Below, one piece after another: positions 46,196-56,283 of a stretch of DNA of 64,000 nucleotides. Position 1 is the first letter of the stretch. Every line of letters starts with the position of its first letter. Under the pieces are notes generated by a model. That model saw only the letters and a list, made by a program, of their open reading frames with translations, ran no database searches and had not been told where the DNA came from. The position numbers and the translations under genes are program-made. Source of the DNA: a virus; the IMG/VR virus record IMGVR_UViG_3300036861_000805, positions 22,758 to 86,757 of that record; one strand, 5' to 3'.

Positions 46196-46638
46196 GCCCC
46201 GAGAAGCCTGACTCGATCGCACTCTGTCAGTGCGGGAACGTACTGATCTTCACCGAGCACTTCCGCGGCAAGCGCTGGCTCTGTATGACCTGCGGTCGTC
46301 TCTTCGCATCGCCGCCGCGTGTGCAGCCCTGGACGGCCGGGGCTGAATTGCGCTGGCGAGAGCTCGACCGCGAGTTCCATTATCAGTGTGGTAACCACCT
46401 GATCTGTCTCGGCCAATACCGCGTCGACTGTCCACTCTGCAAGGGCCCTCCGCCGAAGGAGCACATTCTCCACGCAACCAAGCACGACTGGCAGCTCTGC
46501 AACGACGCGCTCAAGTGGCTTTCAGAACGGACCGGGCGGGAGTTCATCTTCGTGAACGGAGAGATCGGTCATTCGGGCGTGACGCGACCCGTGACGCGCG
46601 AGAGCTTCACGGACGAGATCCTGCGCGGCGGACTATGA
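46192..46638 (+). CDS. Zn-binding hypothetical protein
   Basis: CQCG, CMTCG, CPLC. Confidence 0.65.
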   Translation: MSPEKPDSIALCQCGNVLIFTEHFRGKRWLCMTCGRLFASPPRVQPWTAGAELRWRELDREFHYQCGNHLICLGQYRVDCPLCKGPPPKEHILHATKHDWQLCNDALKWLSERTGREFIFVNGEIGHSGVTRPVTRESFTDEILRGGL

Positions 46639-47189
46639 GGGCGCTCCTCCTCGCCGCCCACAATGATGATGAGGCACTGTTCGCTGCTTACACCTGCCTG
46701 AAGTACAAGCCGCGCATTGTCATCTGCTACCGCTCGATGATCCAGGCGCAGTACGGAGTGACGGCGGTTGAGCGCGAGGACGAAACGAACCTGGTCGCCC
46801 AGCTTTTCGGATGTGGCTGGGACCAGCTTCTCTTCCCCGATGACGGCGACGGCGACATCCATGCACTCACTCGTTGGCTCGAAGGCTATAGCGAATTCGT
46901 CGAGGATCCCGAGATTGTCTTTGCGCCCACCTATGAGGAGGGCGGGCATGAGCAGCACAACATCGTCTCGCTCGCTGGGAGAGATGTGTTCGGTGACCGC
47001 GTTCACTTCTACTACACATACACGCGCAACGGTCGCTCGCGTGAGGGCATGCTCGTCGAACCCGACGACTTCGATTGGATCAGGCTCAAGATGCAGGCGC
47101 TCGCCTGTTACCGCTCGCAGTTCCGGGTGAAAGACTGCCGCCCCTGGTTCTACGACCTGCTCGACTTGAGGGAATGGATAGCGACATGA
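46635..47189 (+). CDS. PIG-L family N-deacetylase
   Basis: AHNDDE, R..E, GHEQH, K..AL.CYRSQ. Confidence 0.9.
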   Translation: MRALLLAAHNDDEALFAAYTCLKYKPRIVICYRSMIQAQYGVTAVEREDETNLVAQLFGCGWDQLLFPDDGDGDIHALTRWLEGYSEFVEDPEIVFAPTYEEGGHEQHNIVSLAGRDVFGDRVHFYYTYTRNGRSREGMLVEPDDFDWIRLKMQALACYRSQFRVKDCRPWFYDLLDLREWIAT

Positions 47190-47578
47190 GCATTCTCAGT
47201 CTGAGAATCCCCTGGCGATACAAGAAGGAGCCATGGGAGAAATGGCCTCCACAGCCTCGACCGGATCCCGAGACATTTGTGCTCCACGGCGACAACATGT
47301 GGGGAGACGCGATTGCCCTCTTCCCAGACGAACAGCCCGAAGAGCCGAACACGCTGACCTGCGTGGGTTGGACAACCCCATTGCCGAAGCCCGGCGACTA
47401 TCTCGTCGTGAAGTGCCAGAGCGGCAAGTGGGGCAGGTTCATCCTCACTAGAGTCGCGCCCGCGCAAGGCGTTTACGACATGTGGTTTGGAACCGCCGTC
47501 GGCCCGCACGAGTATGTCGACGAGCCGAATACTAAGAGCGCGACCGAGTTCGTGAAGCGGCGAGGTGTTTTCAGATGA
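47186..47578 (+). CDS. Hypothetical protein
   Basis: Coupled ORF; WG..I...GW..P.P..GD. Confidence 0.65.
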   Translation: MSILSLRIPWRYKKEPWEKWPPQPRPDPETFVLHGDNMWGDAIALFPDEQPEEPNTLTCVGWTTPLPKPGDYLVVKCQSGKWGRFILTRVAPAQGVYDMWFGTAVGPHEYVDEPNTKSATEFVKRRGVFR

Positions 47579-48099
47579 CGACTCTTCGCGACCTCGAGCA
47601 ACAATCCATTCGCACTTTTGTCCAGTCCGCTGCCGATGAAGGCTATCTCTCGGGCCGTGTGCTCGACTACGGCTGCGGGAGGATGCCTTATCGCGGCATC
47701 GTGAACGCAGGATGCGACGAGTACGTCGGCTACGACCGCGCCGAATTCCCGGCGAACCTCTCCGGCGAGGATGTGGGCGAGTACCCCTTCTGGCCGAGCA
47801 AGCCCTGGGACGCGATCCTTTGCACCCAAGTTGTTCAGTACATCCCCTTCCCGGATCTGTTCGATCTGCTGGCGATGATGGCGACGGAGATGCGCGAGCA
47901 TTCCGGTCGTCTCATCCTCACCTATCCGACCAACTGGCCCGAAGTCGAGCCTGAGGACCTGCACCGCTTCACGAAGGCGGGCATGGAGCGGCTGCTGACG
48001 GAGGTGGGGTTCGAGATCATCCGCCATGACTGGCGGCACGGCTTCACCGTCGACGGTATGTCATTCGCGGCAGGCTACGGATGCATCGCGCACGCGTGA
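47575..48099 (+). CDS. Class I SAM-dependent methyltransferase
   Basis: VLDYGCGRMPY; CTQVVQY; P.D..RFT..G. Confidence 0.9.
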   Translation: MTTLRDLEQQSIRTFVQSAADEGYLSGRVLDYGCGRMPYRGIVNAGCDEYVGYDRAEFPANLSGEDVGEYPFWPSKPWDAILCTQVVQYIPFPDLFDLLAMMATEMREHSGRLILTYPTNWPEVEPEDLHRFTKAGMERLLTEVGFEIIRHDWRHGFTVDGMSFAAGYGCIAHA

Positions 48100-48371
48100 C
48101 GAGACTTGCCGTCACCAACTTCCCGCCGCATTCGGGTACGACTGTCTCTCGTCATACATTCGAGCCGGTCGGGCACATCCTTCGCCGCGGCGACTGCAAG
48201 CACTGCTATCTCGCCGAGTCCACACATCGTCTCTACGACCGTGAGTACGGCAGAGAGTGGTGGACTCAGGCTCGGCCCTTGAACGACGCGAAGTCGCACG
48301 ATGGTGCCTTCCTTCTCTTTTCCGCTCTGCTCTTCGCGTTCGTATTCGTGATGGAGGTCATCGTCAAGTGA
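48096..48371 (+). CDS. Small membrane-anchored protein
   Basis: H.F...C..C...H plus C-terminal TM. Confidence 0.55.
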   Translation: MTRLAVTNFPPHSGTTVSRHTFEPVGHILRRGDCKHCYLAESTHRLYDREYGREWWTQARPLNDAKSHDGAFLLFSALLFAFVFVMEVIVK

Positions 48372-48576
48372 ACATCGAACGAGACGGCTTCGTTGGGCAT
48401 GGGGCGGCTGGGGATCTGGCGAGTGGTGCTATGTGAAGGCACCCACTGCCGAACAAGCAGTCGAACTGGCGATCCTGGAACACGCCATGCCCCCGACGGC
48501 TCGGGTGATACGCGTCGTCGCAGACAACAGGTTCACGCGCTACATCATCGGCCGTATTGCTGTGGAGGAGGAATGA
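48368..48576 (+). pseudogene. Apparently frameshifted small gene (1 nt missing near 48394)
   Basis: GGAGG SD plus GTG MNIERDGFV continues as WAWGGWGSGEWCYVKA...EEE* only in the -1 frame. Confidence 0.45.
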
Positions 48577-49229
48577 AGGCCGTCATCCTCGTCCCCTGGC
48601 GCACCGACAACGGACCCCGCGCTCGCAGCTGGGCGAACGTGCGCGAGAACCTCGCCACCGTCGGAGTCCCTATCGTCGAGGGGAACAACATCGGCCGCGT
48701 CTTCGAGCGCGCTCGAGCCCGCAACATCGCCGCCGACAATGCCGGCGAGTGGGATGTCGCGCTCTTCTGCGACGCCGATATCCTCGCTCCACGGCAGTGC
48801 ATCGAAGCGGCTCTCATGCGCTCGTATCTGACTGGTGCCTACGTCGTCGTCTATTCGCATCTGCGCTATCTCACGAGACAGGGCACCGAGGAGAGGCTGA
48901 ACGGCCGCTACCCAGAGGAATGCGAGACGGATGAGGAGACGAGCTTGACCTGGGAGTGCGCGTTCGCCGTGCGCCGGGACATCTGGGATGAGATCGGAGG
49001 ATTCGATGAACGCTTCCGCGGCTGGGGCCATCAGGTTGCCGCGTTCTTCTATGCCTACGCGACCTTCGGTGGCCGGAGCCGGATCAACGGAATCGCCTAC
49101 CATCTCGATCATCCGCTCGTCGATCGCTCGCTCGAGCCGAACTTCCAGGCGAATGCAGAGCGCGCCGAGCGCTATAAGGCGGCCGTCGACGATCCGCAGG
49201 GCATGCGCAAGATCCTGGAGGAACGATGA
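48573..49229 (+). CDS. GT-A glycosyltransferase (GT2/GT7C-like)
   Basis: VPWR.D...R; F.RA.ARN; DAD; GGFDERF.GWG. Confidence 0.9.
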   Translation: MKAVILVPWRTDNGPRARSWANVRENLATVGVPIVEGNNIGRVFERARARNIAADNAGEWDVALFCDADILAPRQCIEAALMRSYLTGAYVVVYSHLRYLTRQGTEERLNGRYPEECETDEETSLTWECAFAVRRDIWDEIGGFDERFRGWGHQVAAFFYAYATFGGRSRINGIAYHLDHPLVDRSLEPNFQANAERAERYKAAVDDPQGMRKILEER

Positions 49230-49447
49230 CTAAAGACCAGACGGACGCCGTCATTGCCGTGATCAGAATTCTCGGCTTCATCGGAAATGCGCATTATTGT
49301 CCGCACTGCCTCAACCATTTCCATGACGATCGCGGACAACACAAGTCTGACTGTGCGGGACTAGCTGAACTTCAGCAGGATGAAGAATGGTGGGACATCG
49401 AGGAACGTTTGAAACTCCTAGAACACCTGGAGCGCCGTCTCCGATGA
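49226..49447 (+). CDS. Small Zn-binding protein
   Basis: CPHC...H..DC. Confidence 0.55.
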   Translation: MTKDQTDAVIAVIRILGFIGNAHYCPHCLNHFHDDRGQHKSDCAGLAELQQDEEWWDIEERLKLLEHLERRLR

Positions 49448-49962
49448 TCGTCATCGACGTCGGCTGCGCCCGTTACGGCGGCGATTTCTCCATCGAGCGG
49501 CTGCTCGAAGAGTTCTGCCCGGACAAGTTGTACGGATTTGACCCGAACGTCGACGGCCTCCAAGAGGCACTCGCACAGGGCAGGGAGCTGCAGGAGAAAT
49601 GCGGTACCGAGATATGGATCGAGGGAAAGGCCGTCTGGATACATGACGGCTTCGTAGGCTTCGAGGGGCAGGGACTCGGTGGGCGCACGTGCGAGGAGTG
49701 CGGCTCTCGGGCTGTTCCCTGCATTGATCTTGCCCGCTTCATCACTGAGCTTGACCAAAACGACATCATCCTGAAGATCGACGCCGAGGGAGCCGAGTAC
49801 ACCCTTCTCGAACATCTGATCGAGACTCGCACGGATGCCCTTCTCAAGCTCGCCTGGGTGGAATGGCATCCAGTCGGAGCCGCAGTCAACAGTCAGCCAG
49901 ACGAGCGGCGTGCGAAGATCGAGAAGGAGATCGCCTGTGAGCTCACGGAATGGCGCTGGTGA
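49444..49962 (+). CDS. FkbM-family methyltransferase
   Basis: IDVGC; FDPN; ILKIDAEGAEY; VEWH. Confidence 0.85.
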   Translation: MIVIDVGCARYGGDFSIERLLEEFCPDKLYGFDPNVDGLQEALAQGRELQEKCGTEIWIEGKAVWIHDGFVGFEGQGLGGRTCEECGSRAVPCIDLARFITELDQNDIILKIDAEGAEYTLLEHLIETRTDALLKLAWVEWHPVGAAVNSQPDERRAKIEKEIACELTEWRW

Positions 49963-50106
49963 ACAGAGACGCCTGGGAGGGTTGCGGGCTTTATCTCTTC
50001 GGCCTCATGGTCGGGCTGGCTATCGGGATCGGCCTCGGAGCGTGGTGGTGGTAGATGGATCAGAACATCGCGGCGACGACCTCTGCGCTTGCTTCCGGGA
50101 GCCCCT

Positions 50107-50763
50107 GTGAACGTCTCGGCGATCATCGTCACTCGCGGTGATGTCGATCTCAGATCGATCCTCGAGTCCATACCGCAGGACTGGCAGGTCATCGTTTGGG
50201 ATAACGGTGCTGGCAACGTGCTGGAGAGAGCCAAGACGCCCTCTCGGCTGATGACGCTCGACGATGACATTCGTGATCTCGCCGTCTACGGCCGCTATGC
50301 GGCGATCGAGTACACGAGTAGCGAACTGATCTATGTGCAGGATGACGACGTGCTGCATAAACCAGAGGGCATCCATGAGATCGTCAATCGCTACTACGAC
50401 GCGCTCGGCCGCGAGTGGGATCACATTTTCGGCGGAGGTGTCGTCTGCAACATGCCCGCCAACTTCCGGCACTCCTTCTATCAAGAGCACGCGCTCGTCG
50501 GCTTCGGCGCGGTCTTCCATCGCGACCTGCCGTTCAAGGCGTTCCGCCGGATACCCCGAGGTCAGTTCTTCTTCGATCAACGGCACTGGTTCTACCGCGC
50601 CTGCGACATCGTCTTCACGGCCCTGACCCCGCGCGTGCTCGTCGACGTTCCTTACGAAGATCTGCCCTGGGCGAGCGCCCCAAACCGCATGTGGCAACAA
50701 CCCTCTCACCGAAAGGAGCGTGGCGACATGCTCGATCTCGTCTTGAAGGTCCGCGATGGGTGA
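50107..50763 (+). CDS. GT-A glycosyltransferase
   Basis: VIVWDN; GRY.A; IYVQDDD; D..F. Confidence 0.75.
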   Translation: MNVSAIIVTRGDVDLRSILESIPQDWQVIVWDNGAGNVLERAKTPSRLMTLDDDIRDLAVYGRYAAIEYTSSELIYVQDDDVLHKPEGIHEIVNRYYDALGREWDHIFGGGVVCNMPANFRHSFYQEHALVGFGAVFHRDLPFKAFRRIPRGQFFFDQRHWFYRACDIVFTALTPRVLVDVPYEDLPWASAPNRMWQQPSHRKERGDMLDLVLKVRDG

Positions 50764-50953
50764 GTTGCGCAAGTTTCCAGGACGGCTCGTCACGCCCGGG
50801 AACAATCCCGTGACCGTCGAGGGCCGTGTCATCGAGAAATGCGAGGGCATTATCCACGTCTTCGAGTCTGTGCCGGGCCGCTGTCAGTGCGGCGAGGAAC
50901 TTTGGGCCGAGATCTCTGACGACGCCGTCGGCATCCATCATCCCGATGAGTGA
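50756..50953 (+). CDS. Small Cys-containing protein
   Basis: C...H.F......CQCG. Confidence 0.5.
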   Translation: MGELRKFPGRLVTPGNNPVTVEGRVIEKCEGIIHVFESVPGRCQCGEELWAEISDDAVGIHHPDE

Positions 50954-51689
50954 TCTACTGCGTCAGTACGAGCGGTGGGAATGCGGACGAGATGGCTACC
51001 CGCAAACCTGGCATCGAGCGCACACACTGCTTCCCAAGATGCATGAACGGTTTGGCCGTGATGGTGAAATCGTGGCCGAGGGGAGATATGTCCAGGTGTT
51101 CGGCTCGGAGGGATCGCTCGCCACTTACGGACTCAAGATCATCCCCGCAATCAAAGATCTAATCCGCGAGCAGGCCGGTCATCGCTGCCAGCGCTGCGGG
51201 CACCCGTATCGCAAGGGCGAGCACGGGAATGGCGAGTGGTCTCCATGCGACGCGCAGTGCAGGCATGGAGGGCCCTTGCGTGTCTGGAAGATCGCCGACG
51301 CAGCGGCTCTCGCGCCAACGCAAGCCGGAGACGTCGTGATCGTAGAGATCGACAACGCTTCGCCGGACTGGACTGATCCGCAGTGGGCGGGCTTCACGGT
51401 TGAGGCGCAGTGGCGCATCCTCACCGTTCACCACCTGGACGAGGACAAGACGCACTGCCGCTGGTTCAACCTTGTCGCTCTCTGCCAGCGCTGCCACCTC
51501 CGGATGCAGCGAGCCGTCGTCATGGGACGCCCCTATCACTTCGAGCACAGCGAGTGGTTCAAGCCATATGCGGCGGGCTTCTACGCCTTCAAGTACCTCG
51601 GTGAGGATCTGACGCGCGAGGAGACCATGGCTCGCCTCGATGAGTTGCTCGCGCTCGAGCACCGCTGGACACAGGAGGCGCTGCTGTGA
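50946..51689 (+). CDS. HNH endonuclease with insertions
   Basis: YP..W...R..AG.RC..CG...LTVHHLD..K..C...NL.ALCQRCH. Confidence 0.85.
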   Translation: MSDLLRQYERWECGRDGYPQTWHRAHTLLPKMHERFGRDGEIVAEGRYVQVFGSEGSLATYGLKIIPAIKDLIREQAGHRCQRCGHPYRKGEHGNGEWSPCDAQCRHGGPLRVWKIADAAALAPTQAGDVVIVEIDNASPDWTDPQWAGFTVEAQWRILTVHHLDEDKTHCRWFNLVALCQRCHLRMQRAVVMGRPYHFEHSEWFKPYAAGFYAFKYLGEDLTREETMARLDELLALEHRWTQEALL

Positions 51690-51988
51690 GCCACTGGCTC
51701 GTCATTCTGGAGAAGGGCGAGGACTACGATATCGAGCACGAATCCGACTGCCCGCAGATCGACATATTGAACGGGCCTGACGGAGAACTAATCAAGGATC
51801 ACAATTGCCTCATCGGATGGCTCGTCCGCGAGGCTGGCCTCGAGCTCCTTCATGGCGCCCTCGAGGATTCCTGGCGCAGCCTCTCCGTTGGCCGGTACGA
51901 GATCGAAGGATGGACGGCACATTACCCTTCGACTCCCAACGGACCCGAAGAATGGGACGCCGGCATCTACCTTGTGGAGAACGGATGA
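51686..51988 (+). CDS. Hypothetical protein
   Basis: GTGA-coupled ORF. Confidence 0.6.
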   Translation: MSHWLVILEKGEDYDIEHESDCPQIDILNGPDGELIKDHNCLIGWLVREAGLELLHGALEDSWRSLSVGRYEIEGWTAHYPSTPNGPEEWDAGIYLVENG

Positions 51989-52188
51989 TCAATCCGAATT
52001 GCCATTTTGGGGACCATGACTGGCGCGGCAGCGGTGTTTGTGTCCATTGTGGAAAGCGGCTCCGGTGTTACTGCGGACAGTTCGTCACTGAAGATGGGAT
52101 CGACAAGCATATTCGCGACTCGTGCCCCATCGCATTCGCTGAGATGGCAGATGAGCGACGCAAGATCGAGAGCACATTCGCGCCGTGA
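51985..52188 (+). CDS. Small Zn-finger protein
   Basis: C..G.H.W....C..CG...C.CG. Confidence 0.55.
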   Translation: MINPNCHFGDHDWRGSGVCVHCGKRLRCYCGQFVTEDGIDKHIRDSCPIAFAEMADERRKIESTFAP

Positions 52189-52508
52189 CTCGCCGTTCAC
52201 GTGTGAAGCGCTCTCCGGCGAAGCTCCGCAAACTCGAGAAGAGGGCGGCATTCCGCCGCCGGCAGCCGTTTCTTGAGAAGCTCGTCGCGGCGACCAACGA
52301 CTACAACCACGCCTGCATCCGCGCCTTCTTCTCCGAAGAGAATGTGGAGCCAGGCGTCGTCTGCGAGACGTGCTGGCTCGAGCAGCCCTATGTGAGCGCG
52401 CCGACCTACGAGGATCGCATAGAACCGTGCGTCGGCGCGCTCGGTCTCAACTGCCCCGGCGAGATTTGCATCACCGTCGAGCACTACCGCGAGCTCTGTC
52501 CGGCGTGA
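52185..52508 (+). CDS. Hypothetical Cys-containing protein
   Basis: Coupled ORF. Confidence 0.5.
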   Translation: MTRRSRVKRSPAKLRKLEKRAAFRRRQPFLEKLVAATNDYNHACIRAFFSEENVEPGVVCETCWLEQPYVSAPTYEDRIEPCVGALGLNCPGEICITVEHYRELCPA

Positions 52509-52693
52509 AGCTCTGTCCTCACTGTCTCACCGCCATTCCGGAGCAGGACGAGCATTGCGAGGACCAGAAAGCCTGTGGGAAACGAATCGCGAAACAGCTG
52601 AGCAAGAGATTCTCGCGTCTGGCGACGAGGCCATTCATCGGCTTTGATCCCGATCGCGCTTACCGCGAGTCGAGGAGGATGAGCGATGGCTAA
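52505..52693 (+). CDS. Small Zn-binding protein
   Basis: LCPHC...C....C. Confidence 0.45.
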   Translation: MKLCPHCLTAIPEQDEHCEDQKACGKRIAKQLSKRFSRLATRPFIGFDPDRAYRESRRMSDG

Positions 52694-53411
52694 CGGGTTC
52701 TCGTACGATGTCAACTGTCTTTCCTACTGGCAGCCGCGGCTCGAGCAAGCGGGTGTCCTGGTCCCCCGTACCACCATCATCCGCGCTGCGACCGATCTAA
52801 CTGTACTACTGGACGGACTGGCCCCAGAGGGCTGGGCCGAATTCCATGCGCTCGTGCAGGCCGCCTGCTACGACCACGGTCTGCCCTGTTTCCTGCGCAC
52901 GGGTCAAGGCTCCGGCAAACATGACTGGTGCGCGACATGCTTCGTCACGGATGCGGAGAACATCAGTCGCCATATAGGTGCGCTAGTCGAGTGGTCGCAC
53001 TTGGTCGGTATCGTGGGATTACCGCACGATGTCTGGGCGGTCCGTGACTTGATCCAAACGAAGCCGCTCTTCACCTGTCATCGTTACAACAACTTCCCGG
53101 TAACGCGTGAGTTCCGCGTCTTCGTTGAGAATGGTGAGGTAACACATCTCCAGCCGTACTGGCCCCCGGGAGCCGTCGACGAGGGCGAGCCCGACGAGGA
53201 AGACTGGAAGGAAAAGCTCGCGGCCATCTCGGAGTTGGAACATGACGACGAATGGCAGGTGCGCGAACTCGCCGAGCGCGCCTGGAGTGCGATGGAGGGA
53301 CAGGACTGGAGCGTGGATCTGCTGCAGGATGTGCATGGGCGCTGGTGGGTGATCGACATGGCACTAGCCGAACGTTCGTTCCGCTGGGATCCATCGGAGG
53401 CTGTGGGGTGA
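52686..53411 (+). CDS. ATP-grasp ligase, R2K/CDC123-like
   Basis: P.FLR...S.K..W; W.VR; REFRVFV..G; WSVD...W..ID. Confidence 0.7.
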   Translation: MANGFSYDVNCLSYWQPRLEQAGVLVPRTTIIRAATDLTVLLDGLAPEGWAEFHALVQAACYDHGLPCFLRTGQGSGKHDWCATCFVTDAENISRHIGALVEWSHLVGIVGLPHDVWAVRDLIQTKPLFTCHRYNNFPVTREFRVFVENGEVTHLQPYWPPGAVDEGEPDEEDWKEKLAAISELEHDDEWQVRELAERAWSAMEGQDWSVDLLQDVHGRWWVIDMALAERSFRWDPSEAVG

Positions 53412-54127
53412 CGATCGACATCCTCCTCCTCTGCTGGAACCGTCTTGAGATGACATCCGCTGTCTGGGCCTGGATGATGGCCCACACAAACTGGGATCTC
53501 GTCGAGCGGCTCGTCGTCTACGACGACGGAAGTGAGGACGGCACACTCGAATTCCTGCGCGAAAACGCTCATCCCTTCCGCCGCAAGGACCGCATGATCG
53601 ACGTCGAGCTGCGCCTCTCCAACTTCGGATCCCCGCCGGCGGCAATGAACCACTACCTCGCGACATCCGAGGCCGACGTGTTCGCGAAGATCGACAACGA
53701 CATCGCACTCCCCGGAGGCTGGCTCGACAAGATGGCCGCAGTGATGAAGAAGCATCCCGAGCTCGAGTTGCTCGGCATGGAAGCTGGCATGGTCGCCATG
53801 CAGGGACGTGACGGCGTCGTCTACCCGGACTATGACATCGAGCCGTGTACGAACATCGGCGGCGTCGGACTGATGCGCGTCTCCGCGTTCCGGGCGCGAC
53901 CTGAGATCCCTTACCGCGGCCGCTTCGGCTTCACAGAGTGGCAGGAACGCTACTCGCCGAGCCGCGCCTGGATCGTTCCCGACCTCGACGTGCCACAGCT
54001 CGACCGGCTTCCGTGCGAGCCATGGGTCACACTGACCGAGACATACATCGAGAAGGGCTGGAGTCGACCATGGGGAAAGTACGAGGAGAAGTGGATGGCG
54101 CCCTACTGGGCTTGGATGGAGACGTGA
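53408..54127 (+). CDS. GT2 glycosyltransferase
   Basis: WNRLE.T; YDDGSEDGT; KIDND. Confidence 0.9.
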   Translation: MTIDILLLCWNRLEMTSAVWAWMMAHTNWDLVERLVVYDDGSEDGTLEFLRENAHPFRRKDRMIDVELRLSNFGSPPAAMNHYLATSEADVFAKIDNDIALPGGWLDKMAAVMKKHPELELLGMEAGMVAMQGRDGVVYPDYDIEPCTNIGGVGLMRVSAFRARPEIPYRGRFGFTEWQERYSPSRAWIVPDLDVPQLDRLPCEPWVTLTETYIEKGWSRPWGKYEEKWMAPYWAWMET

Positions 54128-54375
54128 CCGGCACCGAGGGAGGTGGCGGGAGCGCGGGGGTGCGAGCTGGCCGTTTCGTCCTTCTACACATCGGCTTCGA
54201 GGAAGGAATGGCCGAACCTGAACTCGGTTACGTAACGAGTTGGGATACATGGGAAGAGGCACAGGTCGTGTTTGAGAATGGTCGAATGCCAGTGGGTTTT
54301 CGACTCATCGATGACGCCACAGGACGCACCTGGCATCCCGGCGCTACCTACGACTGGGAATCAGCGCAGACATGA
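54124..54375 (+). CDS. Hypothetical protein
   Basis: GTGA-coupled ORF. Confidence 0.5.
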   Translation: MTGTEGGGGSAGVRAGRFVLLHIGFEEGMAEPELGYVTSWDTWEEAQVVFENGRMPVGFRLIDDATGRTWHPGATYDWESAQT

Positions 54376-54516
54376 CGCCCCGCCTCGCACGGAGGGAGGA
54401 GCAGAGGTGAACTGGATCGATGTCTTCTTCGCCTTCTTCGGTGGCTTCTTCTGCGGTTATATCGCTGCCCTCTGGCGTGTCTCGAGAATGATGCGCGATG
54501 CATTCAGGAGACAGCA

Positions 54517-54846
54517 GTGGTGACCCCCTCACCCCCCGCACGCGGCACAGCGGCCAGGCTAAGGGCGCTGGTGGAGGAGGCGACCGATGGGCCGTGGAAA
54601 GTTGTCGGTCGGGTTGGAATGACTCCGACAAACTGGATCACGATTGCGTCGGGGACACTTGGCTTCGCCTCTGCGGATGAGGAGTCCGACGCTCGTCTTA
54701 TCGCCCTCGCTCCCGAGATGGCGGCGCTGCTCGCGGACATGGCCGACGTGATCTCGGACTACATCGATGACTTCCCGCAGGACAAGGACTGGGCTGATAC
54801 GGATCTCCTAGCCCGCCTCGACGCCCTCCTCGGTGATTCCTCGTGA
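54517..54846 (+). CDS. Ead/Ea22-like protein
   Basis: L..L...AT.GPW...DARLIALAP. Confidence 0.65.
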   Translation: MVTPSPPARGTAARLRALVEEATDGPWKVVGRVGMTPTNWITIASGTLGFASADEESDARLIALAPEMAALLADMADVISDYIDDFPQDKDWADTDLLARLDALLGDSS

Positions 54847-55124
54847 GCGGCGAGAGGGCCAAAAACTCCTTCTGGCTCGACGGCGGATACGACATTGAGC
54901 TGGTTGCTGCCTGCCCGTATCACCCGAATCACAAGTGGTGGACATTCCGCCTCGGAGACGTGGTGACGTACTGCCACAACCCGGATCAGCTAATGACAAT
55001 CTGCGCGGCCTGCTACGTACCTCGCTGCGGCTCGACCGCTGATTCTGACCGCTGCACTCTCTGGCGGCATCACCAGACGGAGCACATCATGGAGAGCGGA
55101 GCCAAGATTCCGGTGGGCGCGTGA
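54843..55124 (+). CDS. Cys/His-rich protein
   Basis: C..C.VPRCG.....RC...RHH. Confidence 0.6.
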   Translation: MSGERAKNSFWLDGGYDIELVAACPYHPNHKWWTFRLGDVVTYCHNPDQLMTICAACYVPRCGSTADSDRCTLWRHHQTEHIMESGAKIPVGA

Positions 55125-55263
55125 GCGACGAGCGAGAGAGAGTCCCAACCTACGGCTGGAGCCGATCGCAGTGGGGGCCATATCACAGGCAAATTGTGCG
55201 CTGGCTCGGTCGCTTATTCGAAGCACTCGGCGCTCGCCTAGATATGTGGTCATGGGGTTGGAA

Positions 55264-55704
55264 ATGAGCAGCGGAAGAGAAAAAGCCCTGGAGACGCTGC
55301 GCGAAAAGGCCGACCTATTCGTGCATGAGGGATTCCGCGATGAGGATGGGCCGTGGCGTGACGGCCCGCACCGTATTGAGTTCTACGCTGCTCTCGCCGC
55401 CCTCGCCGCCGAGTTCCGGGCGCTGGAGGAACTACTCGCAGAGGCAGATGCGCAGGCGCATCGATACGAAAACACCATCAGGGCGCTGGAGGAGCGCTGT
55501 GAGGAAGCTGAGCAGGAGCAGGCCGCGCTCGGCAAGACGGTCGAGAACACGCTCACTGCGCTCAACGAGGCGCTGGGGGAAGTCGAGCGGCTGCGGGATT
55601 TGCTTGATCAATTGCGGCGCTCCGATCTCTTGCGGGATACGGGCTGGTACTACAAGATCACCGCCGCTCTCGCCAGCGAGCGAGATGAGGGGGGCGCGGA
55701 ATGA
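55264..55704 (+). CDS. Coiled-coil hypothetical protein
   Basis: Heptad pattern; ATGA coupling. Confidence 0.6.
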   Translation: MSSGREKALETLREKADLFVHEGFRDEDGPWRDGPHRIEFYAALAALAAEFRALEELLAEADAQAHRYENTIRALEERCEEAEQEQAALGKTVENTLTALNEALGEVERLRDLLDQLRRSDLLRDTGWYYKITAALASERDEGGAE

Positions 55705-56031
55705 GCCGCCGATCTCGAGGCCGGATGTTCCGCCGATTGTTGGCCGAGATTCACTCGATGAATCCGAGCGTACAAGTGCTCGTGGCGCAAGGAATCCCGC
55801 GCCACATGGCCGAGCGAATCATTCCGTTCGCCCCCGCCTCGGAAGGCAAGCGGGCGAGCGATGGGGAGGGCGGGGCGTGAAGGACATCCAGCTCCTCGGT
55901 CTTGCGCTCCAACTTTTTGGCATAGCGATTTCTGCACGCCCTCCGTTACTTCCGGACTGGCGTATCTGGAGTGTTCTTGGAGGCCAGGTTTCCGGGTTTG
56001 GTTTTGCCCTGGTCGTGATGGGAGCTGCCTG

Positions 56032-56283
56032 ATGCCCCCTAGCGACAAGAGCCAGAGCGACGAGCTGAGGTTGCTGGAGACTTTGAATCGCGCTCTTTAT
56101 CGCGCCTTCTTCATTGATGCCGAGGCTGCCGCTCGATGGGAGCGGATTGAGGACGAACTTGATGAAGAAACGAAGGGCGCTCTCTGCTTCGACATTGTCA
56201 GTATGGAACCACCTTCCGAAGCCATGATGGAGCAGGCACGACGGATGGCACAAGAACGCGGCTGGAAGGACGTGAAGTCGTGA
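56032..56283 (+). CDS. Hypothetical protein
   Basis: Coupled ORF with GGGAG SD. Confidence 0.55.
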   Translation: MPPSDKSQSDELRLLETLNRALYRAFFIDAEAAARWERIEDELDEETKGALCFDIVSMEPPSEAMMEQARRMAQERGWKDVKS

